DNA of 64,000 nucleotides from Lepidodermella squamata (Eukaryota; Animalia; Gastrotricha), in the NCBI GenBank assembly GCA_047495785.1, contig JBLDXI010000043.1, forward strand, positions 620,001 to 684,000, read 5' to 3'. How positions within the stretch are numbered: position 1 is the first letter of the stretch; every line of letters begins with the position of its first letter. Shown here one piece after another: positions 63,731-64,000 of this stretch. The notes beneath the pieces were generated by a model, which saw nothing but the letters and a program-made list of their open reading frames with translations, was not told where the DNA came from and searched no databases. The position numbers were made by a program, and so were the translations under genes.

Positions 63731-64000
63731 AGGCTGAAATCGCAGTTTCAACCTTTGTACGTTGCGCAGCTCATCGGCATCGTGCCGAATCCGGGCGAAC
63801 CATGCATATTCGCGCTTCATTCGTTAGTGGCAACAAGCGCTACCACGTTTGCAGGCGATCCGCTGACATTTCGAATTGCCGATATTTCGCTGCCAGCCAA
63901 AACAGGCTGAAATCGCAGTTTCAACCCTTGTACGTTGCGCAGCTCATCGGCATCGTGCCGAATCCGTGCAAACCATGCACATTCGCGCTTCATTCGTTAG
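63731..64000. repeat. 173-bp tandem repeat, running off the window end
   Basis: Unit aggctgaaatcgcagtttcaacc... starts at 63731 and again at 63904 with few substitutions. Confidence 0.9.

Noticed and set aside
1-64000. CRISPR arrays, rRNA, tRNA, SL RNA or prokaryotic defence systems
   Set aside because: None seen; the window is eukaryotic and its short repeats are transposon subterminal motifs or microsatellites without spacer structure.

Overview
Eukaryotic (metazoan, probably a ciliated invertebrate) genomic DNA with compact, intron-containing genes; many introns are 50-63 nt GT-AG. About 20 protein-coding genes can be assembled by hand: two tandem class A GPCR paralogues, two C2H2 zinc-finger genes, a PPxY-tailed type I membrane protein, an intronless alpha/beta-hydrolase, an orphan type II membrane protein, a headless myosin-II rod gene, DLEC1 head-to-head with CFAP96, an uncharacterised multipass protein, TMA16, GGCX, glutamate dehydrogenase, IAH1 and CCR4/CNOT6. 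Interspersed are six TIR non-autonomous DNA transposons, a truncated RTE LINE, a Penelope-type minimal hammerhead ribozyme and the start of a 173-bp tandem repeat. The most unusual items are: (1) a tight array of four paralogous 52-77 aa single-pass microproteins (two missed by the ORF track), three starting with a 4-nt 'ATG G' coding exon and all four preceded by a candidate splice acceptor 26-34 nt upstream of the ATG, in an operon-like layout; (2) a stand-alone catchin/myorod-like myosin rod with a possible transmembrane-anchored alternative N-terminus; (3) a pair of 76-nt mutually exclusive exons in CFAP96; (4) different intron sets between the adjacent GPCR paralogues, including a 27-nt microexon. 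All splice models and family assignments come from manual reading and recall; no searches were run.
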